DNA from: Callorhinchus milii
Taxonomy: Eukaryota
Direction: 5' to 3'
NCBI RefSeq assembly: GCF_018977255.1
Contig: NW_024704743.1
Span: forward strand, 50,408,001 to 50,472,000
DNA: 64,000 nucleotides
Below the pieces are notes generated by a model. The model was not told the DNA's origin, searched no databases, and worked only from the letters and a program-made list of their open reading frames with translations. Each line of letters begins with the position of its first letter. Positions within the stretch are counted from its first letter, which is position 1. This document shows positions 13,513-27,052 of the stretch, in pieces. The position numbers and the translations under genes are program-made.

Positions 13513-13934
13513 ACCTTCTGACCCAGAGTTGAGAATGCTACCAACCGAGCAGAGTGCTTCAAGGTATGAAAAAACAATCATGCAAATTGTCAAATTATCG
13601 TTAAATGAAGTCCATGAAATTCAATAGCAAATCACTGCAAGTCATGTCACTCTTAAACCTTGAGTAATTGCCATTTTACTTGCTAGGCTTTTTGAATTAA
13701 AATGATATAAGGAAAACAACATTGCTAATCTCCCCCATTGATGTCCCAGAAAGCAGCAATAAAATGACACTGAATGAATCTCTTTTTGGTGAATTTCGAT
13801 GAGGTAGGAATATCAGCCAGGACACAAGCAGAACAGCCTGCCTCTCTTAAAATAGTGCCATGAGATCTTTAAAGTCCATTGTATGAGGCAAATGATTTAT
13901 GATGCTCTTTAGTGTGAGGAGTAGCACTTTTATA

Positions 13935-14790
13935 TTTTTCTACAATGGTACTCAGCATCAGCATCAAATATTGCCATGTCAGCTCACCAAACACCAGATA
14001 CGCAGTATCGTGACATCTCTGCCGCCTGCAAACTCTGTACTCCCATCTCATCAGTTCTGGTCAGGCTCCAATGGCTCCCCATTACACTCGTTTTCAAATC
14101 CCTTCACTCCCTGGCAACTCCCGTGGAGTCCTGTAGCTCAGTGGTTAGAGCACTTGCTTTGCAAGTGAGAGACCCGAGTTCAATTCCAGGCAGGGCGAAA
14201 CCTTGGGCAAGTTTCTTTACTCCACACAGAGCCTAATAATAATCCCTCCAAAACCAAAAACAATAATAAATTGGTCATTTTCAATCTACGACTGTTTGTG
14301 GGACATTGCTGTGTGCAATTGGCTGCCGCATTCGCCCACAAATATACAGTCAATTCACTTTACAGTGTGTTCTGTGAAGCGCTTTGGGACGTCCTCCCGA
14401 CTTGAAAAGCGCTATATTAAATGCAAGGATTATTATTATTATTATTATTATTATAACTCCCTACCTCTTCGACCTTCTCACTCCCTGATCCAGGACCTGG
14501 CACTTCCGCAAGACTGGGACCGGCCTCCTGCTTGACCCTCCCGCTCTCCGCTCCACCATTGGAGGTTGTGCATTCAGCCACTATGCCTCAAAACTCTGGA
14601 ACTCTCTCAATCCCTCTGCCTTGCCCCTTCTCTCCCCTTTTTCAAGTCCCGCCCGAAAATCTTCCTTTTTGACGGTGCTTATGGTCACCCGCCACTGCCC
14701 CCCCGGCTCTGAGTCAGGCTTCGCCACTGTAAAGCACTCTGAGTCGCTACCCTGCGTGGAGACTGCTATATAAATGCTATATTAAATTCA
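13935..14790 (+). mobile_element. L2 3' fragment interrupted by a SINE (14123-14454)
   Basis: LQWLP..VFKSLHSLA before the SINE and KLWNSL..FKSR after it. Confidence 0.82.
14123..14454 (+). mobile_element. tRNA-Ala-like SINE (short form, young) with 7-bp TSD aactccc
   Basis: A-box tagctcagtgg and B-box gagttcaattcc; TSD at 14116-14122 and 14455-14461. Confidence 0.93.
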
Positions 14791-15480
14791 AATTAGGTGA
14801 ACATTTAGCAAATATACTGTTGAGTAGGTCTAATGGGAATTACATGGAGAAGAAAACATCTCCGCACATCAGTGTGATTTGCTCTGATAGTAAATACAGA
14901 GGTTTCTTTACAAGTCATCAGTTTACACGAATTCTCTCAGCAGACTATTTCTCAATGCGGATGTGCTTTTGTCTTGTCCAATGATTCACTCAAGATAGCA
15001 ACGTTTTTTTTATTCTTTCTTCTATTTATTACTTTGCATTTATACTTACTGTTTAAAAAACTTGTAAAAATATAATAAGCCTTGCATTTGATATCATGCC
15101 TTATCATGTCATCGAAATGTGTCAAATTGCTTCACATAGTTTTGCTGTAAAGTGCAGTGACTGTATTTTGTGGGCTTACAATAACATTCATTGATACCGA
15201 ATCTGTATTGAATCTTTCAGTGATTTTGCACCATTTTTTGGTATAGTTGATGACTTGACAAGTTTTCCTGTTCTATTCTCTCTTACACAGGGATGTGCAC
15301 AATTTCCTCACTATAGGTAATATACCTAATTCCTGATAACATTCAGATGGAGATGGTATTACAGTTATAGTTTTATTCTTCAACCATAGTCACTAATCTC
15401 ACTAGGAATTTAACAGAGTACAAGTGAACAGAGAACATGACCAGAGAGTGAGGTGCTTCTGGCAATTGAGAGCTCACACA

Positions 15481-18163
15481 CTCATCTCTGACATTTCAAC
15501 ACTCCTCACATCTCTTTGCCTCTCCTCTGATCGCCTCATCATCCTGGGCGACTTTAACCTACACTTCACCCCCTCCTGCTCCATCTCCACAGACTTCTCT
15601 TCCCTGCTCTCCTCACTCAACCTTTCCCTACACATAAACTCCCCCACTCACAGTCACGGCCACCCACTCGATTTGGTGATCACCCGGGGCCTCAGTGTCT
15701 CGGATGTCACTATTACCGACAAGGCCATCTCCGACCACTACTTCATCTCCTTCACCACCTCCACCCCCCTCCCCACCTCCACCAGACCCACCACCATCTT
15801 CTACCGCCCTTGGAAGAAGTTACCCCCACAATCCCTAACCGATGCCTTGGAGTCCTCTGAACTCCTCTCCCTCTGGCCTTCAACCCTCACCGACCCCTCT
15901 TCTCCTCTCTCCCTCCTCCACAATATCCTCTCCTCCACACTCGATACTCTTGCCCCCATCACTTCCCGCACTGTCTCCTACTCCCGCTCCTCCCCCTGGT
16001 ACACCACCCACCTCCGCTCACTGAAATGCCAGGTGCGGGCTGCTGAGCGCACCTTTGTCAAATCTCGCCTAACGGTCCACCGACAAATCTGGCTGGACCT
16101 CCTCAAAATTTACCGCTCCACTCTAGCCTCGGCCAAGTCGTCCTTCTACTCCAGGATAATCCTGGAGGCGAAGAACAACCCCAGGCTACTGTTTTCCACC
16201 ACATCCCGACTCCTCCGTCCCCCCCGCCACCCCGCGCAGGTCATCTCCTCCAACCTTCACTGCGAGGAGATGCTGGATTTCCTTGAATCCAAGATCAAGG
16301 GAATCCGCTCCGCGGTCACTTCCCCTCCAACTTCCACCCACCACCCACCCCTTCCCTCCCACACTCCGACTCCTACCCATCCTCCCCTACACACCTTCGT
16401 ACCCGTTTCCCCACCCTCTGTCACTGAACTCATCCTATCCCTAAAACCAACCACCTGCTCCCTTGACCCCATCCCCACTCCACTCCTTATCTCCCAGCTC
16501 CATTTTCTTGCCCCACATATCACTGACATCATAAACCTGTCCCTCTCCTCTGGCTCTGTCCCCATTCCATTAAAAACTGCCATCATCACGCCCACCCTGA
16601 AAAAACCCTCCCTTGATGCGTCGCAGCTATCAAGCTACCGGCCCATCTCCAACCTCCCCTTTCTCTCCAAGGTCTTGGAAAGAGTTGTCGCCTCCCAACT
16701 GCGCTCTTTCCTTCCACCCATTCTCTTTTTGAACCCCTTCAGTCAGGTTTCCGTGCTGCTCATAGCACAGAAACTGCCCTGGTCAAGGTCACCAATGATA
16801 TCCTGACCATCTGTGACCAGGGCTCCCTCTGTCTCCTCGTCCTCCTCGACCTATCGGCAGCATTCGATACGGTCGACCACGCTATCCTACTCCACCGCTT
16901 GTCCTCCCACCTCAACCTTCAAGGCACTGTCCTTGAATGGTTTAGCTCTTACCTTTCCCACCGTCTTCACTTCGTCTCAACGAATGGCTTCTCCTCCACC
17001 CCCCGTACTGTCTCATGTGGTGTCCCTCAGGGCTCTGTCCTCGGTCCCCTCCTCTTCACCCTCTATATGCTCCCCCTTGGTGACATCATCCGCAAACATG
17101 GGGTTAACTTCCACATGTATGCGGATGACACCCAACTCTACCTTTCCTCCTCTACTCTCAACTCCACGACCACCGATGTCCTGACAGCCTGCCTGTCCGA
17201 CATCGAGTCCTGGACGAGAGACAACTTTCTTCAGCTCAACGTGCGAAAAACCGAGGCCCTCCTGATTGGCTCACGTCAGCGCCTCCGCACCTCAGGCGCT
17301 GACACCATCAGCATCCAAGGCTGCACTCTCCACCTCTCAAAGCCAGTCAGGAACCTCGGCGTTTTGTTCGACCCTGAGCTGTCCTTTCTCCCTCACATCC
17401 GCACCACAACTGGCACCGCCTTCCATCACCTCCGGAATATCGCCAGACTACGGCACTACCTCACCCCTCACGCTGCTGAAACCCTGGTTCACGCCTTTGT
17501 CACCTCAAGGCTGGACTATGGGAACTCTCTCCTCGCCGGCCTTCCCGCCACCTCCCTCCACAAGCTGCAGGTCATTCAGAACTCTGCAGCTCGTGTACTG
17601 TCCCGCACCAGGCTTCGGGACCACATCACTCCCACCCTCGCTCGCCTCCACTGGCTCCCCATCCCCCAGAGGATTGATTTCAAGATCCTCATCCTCACCT
17701 ACAAGGCCATTCACGGCCTTGCTCCCTCCTACCTCTCCAACCTACTATCCCCCTACCTACCTGCCCGTACCCTCCGTTCCTCTGGCTCCGGTCTGCTCCA
17801 CGTCCCCCGCCCCAACCGCCCTACCATCGGTGGTCGGGCCTTCAGCCTCTCAGCCCCAGGCTCTGGAACTCCATCCCCCAGTGCCTTCGCCGCTTCCTCC
17901 CTTTCCTCCTTCAAGGCCGGTCTCAAAACCTTTCTCTTTGACCGTGCCTTCAGCTCCCCTCTCGACTCTCTTCCTCCTCCTCGCTCCCTCCCTTCCCTCC
18001 CCTCACCCTGACCATTTCCCCCTCCTCTCTCCCTCCCTTCCCTCCCCTCACCCTGACCATTTCCCCCCTGCTCGGGTCATGACCCAACTGTGCAGCGCCT
18101 TGGGACGTCCTCCTGACGTGAAAGGCGCTCTATAAATGGAATCTTGTTGTTGTTGTTGTTGTT
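15481..18163 (+). mobile_element. L2-clade LINE, 5'-truncated (C-terminal part of APE + RT), frameshifted near 16712, (GTT)n tail
   Basis: GDFN and SDH APE motifs; [48 protein letters not shown]; 3' stem-loop then (TGT)n. Confidence 0.95.
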
Positions 18164-19932
18164 CATCCCAGTTAATATGTTGATCAGAGACCCTGAAAGT
18201 CCCCAGGGTTGAAAAAAAGAAATCGGGGACCAGCTGCTATTCTATTTATTAATGTAAAACTATTATTTATCAGTCAATTTCAGAATTTATGAGAAAGTGT
18301 TTTGAGGGCAAAACTAGGTTTTTGATTTAAAAAAAAAGACTGAAGCAAAATAAATGAATCGTGTCCCACATTGGCCTTTGATTCTGGATCATTCAGAGCT
18401 GAAGTCTGTGCTCTTCAATTGAAAGTAGCATTACAGCCTTAAGAAGCAGTTTAATTGAGCTTTGGAGCTTGGGTTTTTAGCTTTATTAATATGGAAAGTA
18501 CAGCCAGGAGTCTTACCACAAATATAGATGCAGCTTAGCATTAACCTTTGAGTAGGTCATCTCTTCAAATTAGTGAGGAAAAGTATAATAATTCACTAAA
18601 GTTGCTAGAGCTTTGAGGACAATGAATTTCTTTAATTGTGTTTTGCTAGCCTCTATTTCAGAGTATACATATCTCACACACTCTCATACTCTCACATATT
18701 GTCCACTGTACTAATTTAAGAGAAAATACTATTATGCAATGTTATAGCTCTTGTTCTCCCCTTTCTCCTCCCTCTCATGCCTTCCTCTGCCCCCCCCCTC
18801 TATCCCCTCTCCACGATCGAGGCTAATCTGACTCCCTCACTGATGGAATCATTCATCCTACACATGAACTTGAGTCATTATCCTGCTGAATGGAATCAAT
18901 TTAATGAAAATAGTATTAAAGAAAAGTGCAGGCAGTGTCTGAGATGGCAATAATTGAAGTAATCGCATTATAGTTGTACTGGGGTTCTTAAGCAGGTCAA
19001 GAGCAGAGCACAGCACTGATGAACGAATGTGACACAGCTGTAGGAATCAGGTTTCAGATTCATTCAGTGTTTGAATTTGCATTCTTTTCCCATTCCAGAA
19101 AAAAAAATGAGGATTATCCAATTCAGAAATACTAGAGCAACAGGAACAACTTGCATTTTTACCGCTCCCTTCACCCAGAATAATGTCTTGGAGTGCTTCA
19201 CAGAGGCATGGACTGTCGGCAAGCAGCAGGGAGGAGAGAGGAAGGAAATGGGCTGTGACAATAGGGGCAGTCAAATGCGTAAGATTAAAGGTTTGAAGCT
19301 AGATAGAAAGAGGGGTCAAGGGAGAGAGTTTTCAGAGGTTCGAGAGTTTAATCTGAAAGCTAAGCAGCCGATGGCTGAGATAAAGATATTTGTCATCAAT
19401 TATTGACAACTAACATTGTTAATAATTAATAGAAATAAAATTTTATGTAGGACAATCCTTAATGAAAACTGGCTGTGAGGTCAGGAGGGAAAACAACAAC
19501 AACTTGCATTTATATAGCACCCTTCACACAGGATAGCATCTTGGAGTGCTATAAAAACCTCTCTAAACTTTCAAAGAGTCAGTAGCAAATGCTTGCAGAC
19601 CATTAAAAGTGAATATATGCAAACCTGGAGCTGAGTGGATTAGTGTGGGAATTGAAGCATGTCATATTTTACTGATCATAATTGTCACATCAACCAAAAT
19701 GCAGTCAAAAGCAGTCAACAGTTATCATTGGCTGTGGCAGGGGCATGCCAAAGTGTGGGAGTATGTTAAAGCTTACCCAGTGCCCTTCTATGTTATATTG
19801 AAGCAGAATTGCAGAGGAAAGCAATAATAATAATCCTTGCATTTGATAAAGCGCCTTATCACGTCATTAAGATGTCTCAAAGTGCTTCACAGAATAGTAA
19901 AATAGATTGACTGTGTATTTTACTATCAATAA

Positions 19933-20220
19933 GCCTGACCCTCAACATTCAAAGACTGAGCTATGAGGAACAATTAGTTACGCTCGGGTTCTTCAGTGTT
20001 GCAAAGTTACAGTTCAGAGGGCACCTTACAGAGATATATAAGATCATAAATGGGAAAAAGAAAAAAAAAGAAAAATACTAGAGGTCACAAGTTCAGGGTT
20101 GAGAAGGGAGATTGTAGGATAAACACCAGGATTTATTTTACACAGAGGGCAATCAACTTCTGGAATGGACTACCAGGAAGGGTGGTTAAGGCTAGAATAC
20201 TGGACTCATTTCAGGAAGAC
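19933..20220 (+). mobile_element. CR1 LINE 3' fragment
   Basis: LSYEE.L..LG.FS, TRGHKFRV, FTQRAINFWNGLPGRVVKA. Confidence 0.85.
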
Positions 20221-20879
20221 GGTGAAGATAATGGGAAGAGGATAAAATAAATAGTTTGTAATATAAACAATTGAAAAACAGTGACTAACCAGCTTGCATT
20301 TCTCTTATTATTTTTGGGGCTCTTGACGGATGTTTGATATACAGTATCTCATTCTCAGGTACTAGGTGAGGAAAGGAGAAAAAAACAAACTCAAGCTGCA
20401 GATGTTGCCAGTTGTTCAATACATGCCCGTCTGTGCATACTTTTTCTGACTCACCTGTGAAGGGAATGCAAACTATTTTTTGCCTGTTGGTATAGAAGGC
20501 ATATATGCTTGTCAGGATATATGCTTAACAGTGGTAGAGTCAGGAGACGCTACCCTGTGTGGAGTGCGCTATATAAGTGCAAGTTGTTGCTGTTATCCTG
20601 GTGATTTGTGACTGTAAGGAGAAAGACAACAGATATTAGCAACAGTGATCATTATTATATCCACCAAAACATTGTAAAATGGAAGTTAATAAGTATCATT
20701 TACTCAACTAAAGTAAGTACCTGTGTTTGAAATACAAACATTATTAAAATTGATAATTTTATAAAATTATATAATTATATATTATATATAATATTATGTA
20801 TAATTATATATAATTTTATATAAAGTGTCCTTTATTACCATTGCCCCCATTCCATTCATTCCCTGACTGTTCATTGTAC

Positions 20880-21268
20880 CACACGATTCACAGAATAGTT
20901 GGAGGCCATGATGCCTGTGACAGCTCTATGAAAGAGCTATGCATTTAGTCCCATTCCGCTTTCCCCATACAATATTATATTTTTATTTTTCAAATATTTA
21001 TCCGATTCCTTTTAAGAGCTATCGTAGATTCTGCTTCAACTATCATTTTTGGTGGAGCATTTCACATCCTAATAACCCTCTGTGTAAAAAAAAATCTACT
21101 GAACTCTTCCTTCGTTCTTCCGATAATGATCTTAAATTGATGCCCTCCAGTTACCAGTGGAAATAGTTTCTCTCTATCAACCATAACAAAACCCTTTCAT
21201 AATTTCAAACCCTCATAATTTTTAGGTCTTCTCTCAGTCTTCTCTGTTTTACTGAAAACAGCCCCATT
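20880..21268 (-). mobile_element. CR1 LINE 3' fragment
   Basis: LEGINLRS..FFFTQRVIRM.NAPP..VEAES remnant on minus strand. Confidence 0.8.
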
Positions 21269-22654
21269 GTGACATCTCTGGATGGCTATCTGTGTAATGA
21301 TTATTTTCAATAGTAGATCTTTGTTTCCATGTCTGACTGAGCTGAAATATTAATGATGTGCACTGTGTGGGTAATATTAATGACTGCAAAACAAAATCCT
21401 GATGTAATAATGCATTAAGGCATTTAAATTAGAACAAGTCATCTGGCAGGATGTATGCTTGTTGTAGACCTGTTGCCTTGGTGAATTATGAGTGTGCAGC
21501 GGGGGAGGGGAGAATATCACATGGAGCTATCACATGGAATATTAAAAAAATAGCATTGACTGAGCTGGAGTTTCAGGAGCTTGGGCAGGTCACAGAAGGG
21601 GCTTGCTCTGCACTGGGCTGATCTCTGAAATCTGATTTACTAAAGTACATCACATTTTTGATAAACAACTCAATACTTAAATTACAGCGCTTTCCACAGG
21701 ATAGAGGGGAAAATGCAGCAACTGATATTTTTACCTTGGGGATTTATTCTCCTCGCTCCCACCCACCCTAACCCTATTGACTGCTTTTGACTCCTTTTTT
21801 TATTTGATGTGAAAAGTATTATCAGTTTTAATATATATTGCTTCTTCTAATTTCTGTTTCAGAAGCAGAATTCTGCCCTGGATAGCCAGCCAGTTGGGTC
21901 TATTCTGTATTGTTTCCGATGGCAATCTCCACATCAGCTTCTGGCTCATATTACTGAAGAATTGGATTGCTTCAGGGACATTATGTGGGTCATTAGCTTA
22001 TTGTGGGTAGCCAGTATGCTTCACCCACAGATGCTCAAGTGTTTGGTCTCAATTCCAAGAAGGCTGATAGTGAACTGCATTTAGCTTTGTACATTAGAGG
22101 ATGATGTTTCTGGCTTTAGCCTTAAGGTTTTAGCTTTTAAAATCATATGGTGTTAGCCTTTGACGGTTCTATGTTTATTACACTTGCTTAGACATGTGAA
22201 AATGTAATGCTCCAAATAGACTTAACTGGACAGTGATCTAAAATGGGCCAATTTCTCTATTCCTTAGCCCCAGGCACAGTAGCCAATTTTAGGGAGGCCA
22301 GCTAACTGTGCACAGGCTAAGGATCAGTGAGGTCTGTATTGCTCGGTTCACAGGGGAGGGCCCACATCTCTGTAAACCATACCACCTGTCTGAGGGTAGA
22401 GTTACCGAGTGCTTCCAATCACTCTATTCGACCCGTGGCCCATCCCTGCAGTGTTCCATCTCTGGAACACGTGAGCATTACTCTGCTCCGTGGCTCTGCT
22501 CATCGTCTTTGCGAAAACGATATTGCATATAAATTTTTATGCATTCTGTGCAACAAATTAATTGGCAGGAACTCCACTCAAATCAAGCTGCAGCCATGGC
22601 TGCTCTGTTCCACTCCCTTCTCCTGTAACTTTGTCCAGCTCCCTCGACAATGAC

Positions 22655-22990
22655 AATTTGTACCCTTAATTCGGGGTAATGTATCAAAGCACTTAACAGT
22701 GGTGAAGCCTAACGCTGAGCTGGGGGAAGGGAGGAGGTCACTGTCAGTACAGTCAAAGAGGAAGATTTTGAGGTATGGTCTGAAAATGAGCAAGGAGCGG
22801 GCAAGGTGGAGAAATTGAGTGAAAGTTCTAACATTTTGTGGCGTAGTGGCTGAAAGCATGGCCGCCGATGGTGGAGCGGAGGGAACGAGAAACAAGCAGC
22901 AAGCCAGAGCCAACCTAGTGGAGGTGACTGGGTGGTGGAGTGGGGAGTAAGCACGTTGGAGAGATAGGGAGGTGCCAGGGTGTGAAAGGG
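22655..22990 (-). mobile_element. old L2 3' fragment
   Basis: LKIFLFD-type C-terminus plus L2 tail. Confidence 0.75.
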
Positions 22991-23799
22991 TTCAGCCAGA
23001 CTCCTTTGATTTGCTTGGCCTGCCCCACTCTGAATCTAAATTTCTGCATGAGTTACTTTAAAAATCCTGGGTTCGGCCCATTAGTACTTTACCATAAAAT
23101 ATATTTAATCCACTGAACCATCAGTACAGCTAATTTCACATTTTATAATGAAGTTCATACAAACATACAAGATCCACAAGATTGGTTTGAATGAAGAAGA
23201 GCCTTCAGCCCATCTGATCTCACTCTTCCAGAACACCCACTACCATTTTCCCAACACTGCATCAGCCTCTCTTTTAAATGAGTCCAACCATCCTTCCTGG
23301 TAATTACCCTCTGGATAAAGAAATATTGAAGTTACCCATAGGATGCTAAGATTGGCTAGTTCACGCCATCACATACAGCGTAACATTCTTGTAAACATCC
23401 TAAAAGAACTCTGAGATGCTACTCTGTTAAAACAACAATAATTTGCATTTATGTAGAGCCCTTCCCGCAAAGTCCCTGATCCCAATCCCCCAGCACCTTG
23501 GGACATCCTCTCGATGTGAAAGGCGCTATACAAATGTAATTTTGTAATTGTTGTATTTGTCCAGACACTCGCATTAAGCTTAATGCCCAATACCGCAAAC
23601 CAGCACCTCAATGGTTAAGATTCATAAAGAAAGACATTGCATTTTATAGCACTTCATTGTGGTGAAATATCTTGATGCATTTCACAGGTATTTCATGTTG
23701 AGTATAGTGACTCTTCTTGTAGGTATGGTTACCAATATTTAGTGTGAAATTGTGCAATTTTCAACCCTACATTTCCTTCATCACAACCTGAGTCAACAC

Positions 23800-23834
<35 letters not shown>

Positions 23835-24169
23835 CCTTGCATTTGATATAGCGCTTTTCACGTTAGGAGGACGTCCCAAAGCGCTTCACAGAACACACTG
23901 TAAAGTGAATTGACTGTATATTTGTGGGCGAACGTGGCAGCCAATTATAATATAATCCTTATAATATTGCACACAATTGCGCACAGCAATGTCCCACAAA
24001 CAGTCGTAGATTGAAAATGACCAATTTATTATTGGTTTTGGTTTTGGAGGGATTATTATTAGGTGTGTGGAATAAGGGAACTTGCCCAAGGTTTCGGCCT
24101 GCCTGGAATTGAACTCAGGTCTCTCGCTTGCAAAGCGAGTGCTCTAACCACTGAGCTACAGGACTCCAC
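23800..24169 (-). mobile_element. tRNA-derived SINE (short form, young)
   Basis: near-identical to the 14123 and 28710 copies; long (TAA)n tail; small internal insertion at ~23946-23970. Confidence 0.92.
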
Positions 24170-26308
24170 ATGGGAAGTGAATAGAACCATAGAACCATAG
24201 AATTATACCGCACAGAAAGAGGCCATTTGTCCCATCGTGTCTGTGCCGGCTCTTTGAAAAGGGCTATCCAAATTAATCCCACTCCCCCGTGCTCTCCCCA
24301 TAGGCCTGCAAACTCGTCCTCCCCAAATAATTATCTATTTTGGTTTTAAAAGTTGTTATCAAGTTGGCTTCCACCACCCTTCCAGGCAATGCATTCCAGA
24401 ATGTTTGCCAGATTTCTTTTAAGGAAATATTCCCATTCTCTCTCTGAATCCCTCAACGTTATCTAATATATTATTTTGCTCAGGATTCTTTATTATAGAA
24501 TGCTATCCAATGACTATTTGAATGTCAGGAGATGTAGCTGAGCAATTATTTTGTTGTTGAATCATCTTAGTGTCAGGGCAGAGAGTGATGATGACAGGAT
24601 AAAAGCAGTACTGCAGATGGTCTCCATGGCTTTGACCTTTTGCTACTGAAGCTGTCGTAGGTGTCTGTCCACACACTACGTCAAACAGTTAATTCATTTC
24701 CTAGAAGCAAACGCCGGTAGAGAGAGTGGAAATAAAAAATTCTTCTATAGTTTCAGATGGTTTCTTGCAGGGTATAAAATGGGACGTTTCACAGCAGATT
24801 GGGTAAATATTGAACGTGCTATTAAATCTGTTATGAAATGTCTCATTGTTCCCCCTACAGTTACACACACAATACAACCCTGCTACAAGCAAATGTCTGG
24901 TGTGTGCAGATTATTACCAATTATCAACCCATTTTTCACCTAGTAAGTACTGCAGTGATACACTATTTCTGTTATTTGTTTACCAGATCTGGTGATCGGC
25001 AACACATTTCACTCATGCAAGCCTTCCTGTACATTGTATGATTCACATGATAGACAGGTAGGTGAACAATAATCTGTTTTTCTGGGTAAAGTGATGAAAC
25101 ATCGATATTATTGCTATTATTCATATGATTATTTATATTTTGCAATCAAAACATATATTGCAGCAGTTTTATGCATGTGTGAAAGGAATCTTCTTTTTGT
25201 CAGAGCAATCTAATAAAGTTAATAATAATTGTTGCTTTTGATATAGAGCCTCATCACATCGAAATGTCTCAAAGTGATTCACAGTCATTATTAAGTATGG
25301 CAACTGTGCATTACAGACAATTATTTCAATAAGCCAGCAGCTGTGCAGGATTTAAAATCTTGAAATAATGTATTACTGCATACAACTGTTGCCAGATTTT
25401 AAAAAGGTCCAATTTTTTTGTGCCGAGTCAGAAGAGAATGGGTGTTTTTTTCACTTTTTGGACTCAATCCCAGCATGAAGCTTTCCCAGCTCAGATAGAG
25501 AACTGGTCAGAAGTAAACTAACGTTCTTTTTACTTTCCCAACGACAATCCTTATCCGTAGCTTTACAAGAGCAGCCCCTACTGCAACATTGTGATATTTC
25601 CCATCCATTAACAGTGCACTTTTATGCCTTAAATTATGTGCTGCTGACTGCCCAGGGTCATTTCCTAAGACCCTTAGAGCTGACAGCATGGGCTAGATTC
25701 AAAATTAGGGCAAGATGGTGTTCAAGTACCCTGCATTATTCAGCCGAAAGACACGATACCAAATGTAAGAACTGTTTTTATTGTTATTATTCTATGAAGT
25801 GTGCCAAAAATAAGAAAAATATGTTTCTACTTGTATTATAATACTGTAGGGAATGTGTTATGTGTTTATTTGACTTTTTTTAAATCTCCAAAAAGTACAT
25901 TTTAAAATACTTTGTTTTTAATACGATTCCCGCCCCCCCTCTACCCTCCTCCAATTTTGTCTCAGCCCAAACCCTGAAGTGTTGACCTAAAAATGAGAGT
26001 GAAGGACAGCAAGTGCAGCTTTGTTCAGGAGAATTCAGGATTCATCCACTACTTTGTTCCCAGGAGAAAAAGAACTTACAAACAGCCTTCACTCTATCCC
26101 TGTAATCACACCAACCTCTTCATGATCATTTTATAATTTGCTCACAGTTTTGGATAGAGGTGTTCATGGCTAATATCAGGCTATATAAAGATACTCATGT
26201 TAATATCAGTTTACATAGAAATGTTCACTGGTATATTAGTTCATGTACACGAGCTCACTGCTAATATCAATGTATATAGAGATGCTCACTGCTATTAGTT
26301 GCTATAGA

Positions 26309-26625
26309 ATAATAGTAATAATAATAATCCTTGCATTTGATATAGTGCTTTTCATGCCTTCTAGATGTCTCAAAGCACTTCACAGAATAGACTGTAAAGT
26401 GAATTGACTGTATTTTTTTGTGTGGGCAAAATGCGGCAGCCAATTGCGCGCAGCAGTGTCCCACAAACAGTTTGAAGTGACCAATTTGTTATTGTTATTT
26501 TTGAGGGATTATTATTAGGTGTGTGGAGTAAGGAAACTTGCCCAAGGTTTCACCCTGCTGGGAATTGAACCCAGGTCTCTCGCATGCAAAGCAAATACTC
26601 TAACCACTGAGCTACAGGACTCCAC
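26309..26625 (-). mobile_element. tRNA-derived SINE (short form)
   Basis: same family, full head to tail. Confidence 0.9.
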
Positions 26626-26626
26626 A

Positions 26627-26942
26627 AGTGTCCGTGTCTGTGTGTCTGTCTGTGTGTGTATGTCTTTGTGTGTGTTTGTGTCTGTGTATGTATCTGTGTC
26701 TGTGTGTGTTAATCCGGCTCAATGTGTGTATCTGTGTTTGTGTCTCTGTGCGTTCGTGTGTGTGTTTGTTTGTCTGTGTGTGTGTGTGTGTCTGTGTCCG
26801 TGTTCTGTGTCAGCCCGGCTCCATGTGTGTGTGGGTTTATGTCACACGTGCTTGTGTGTGTGTGTGTTTCAGCTCAGCTCAGTGTGCGTGTGACTGTGTT
26901 TGTGTGTGTGCGTGTCCTTGTGTGTGTTTGTGTATGTCTGTG
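26627..26942. repeat. degenerate (TG)n microsatellite
   Basis: TG-rich tract adjoining a SINE head. Confidence 0.95.
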
Positions 26943-27052
26943 AAATACTCACTGCTAATATCAGTTTATATAGAGGCGCTCAGAAACATCACAAGTCACT
27001 TTGAAATATTCTTGATGTTGCTTGGCACTTTATCAAGTGCAAATGTGTTGTT

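Noticed and set aside
14125..14195. tRNA-Ala(TGC)-like gene
   Set aside because: It is the head of a multi-copy SINE: no proper acceptor stem or terminator, and it runs straight into the SINE body
17266..18135. 289-aa Pro/Ser-rich overlapping ORF (also 31631-32452)
   Set aside because: Alternative frame of C-rich L2 sequence with few stop codons and a non-ATG start; its recurrence only reflects copy identity
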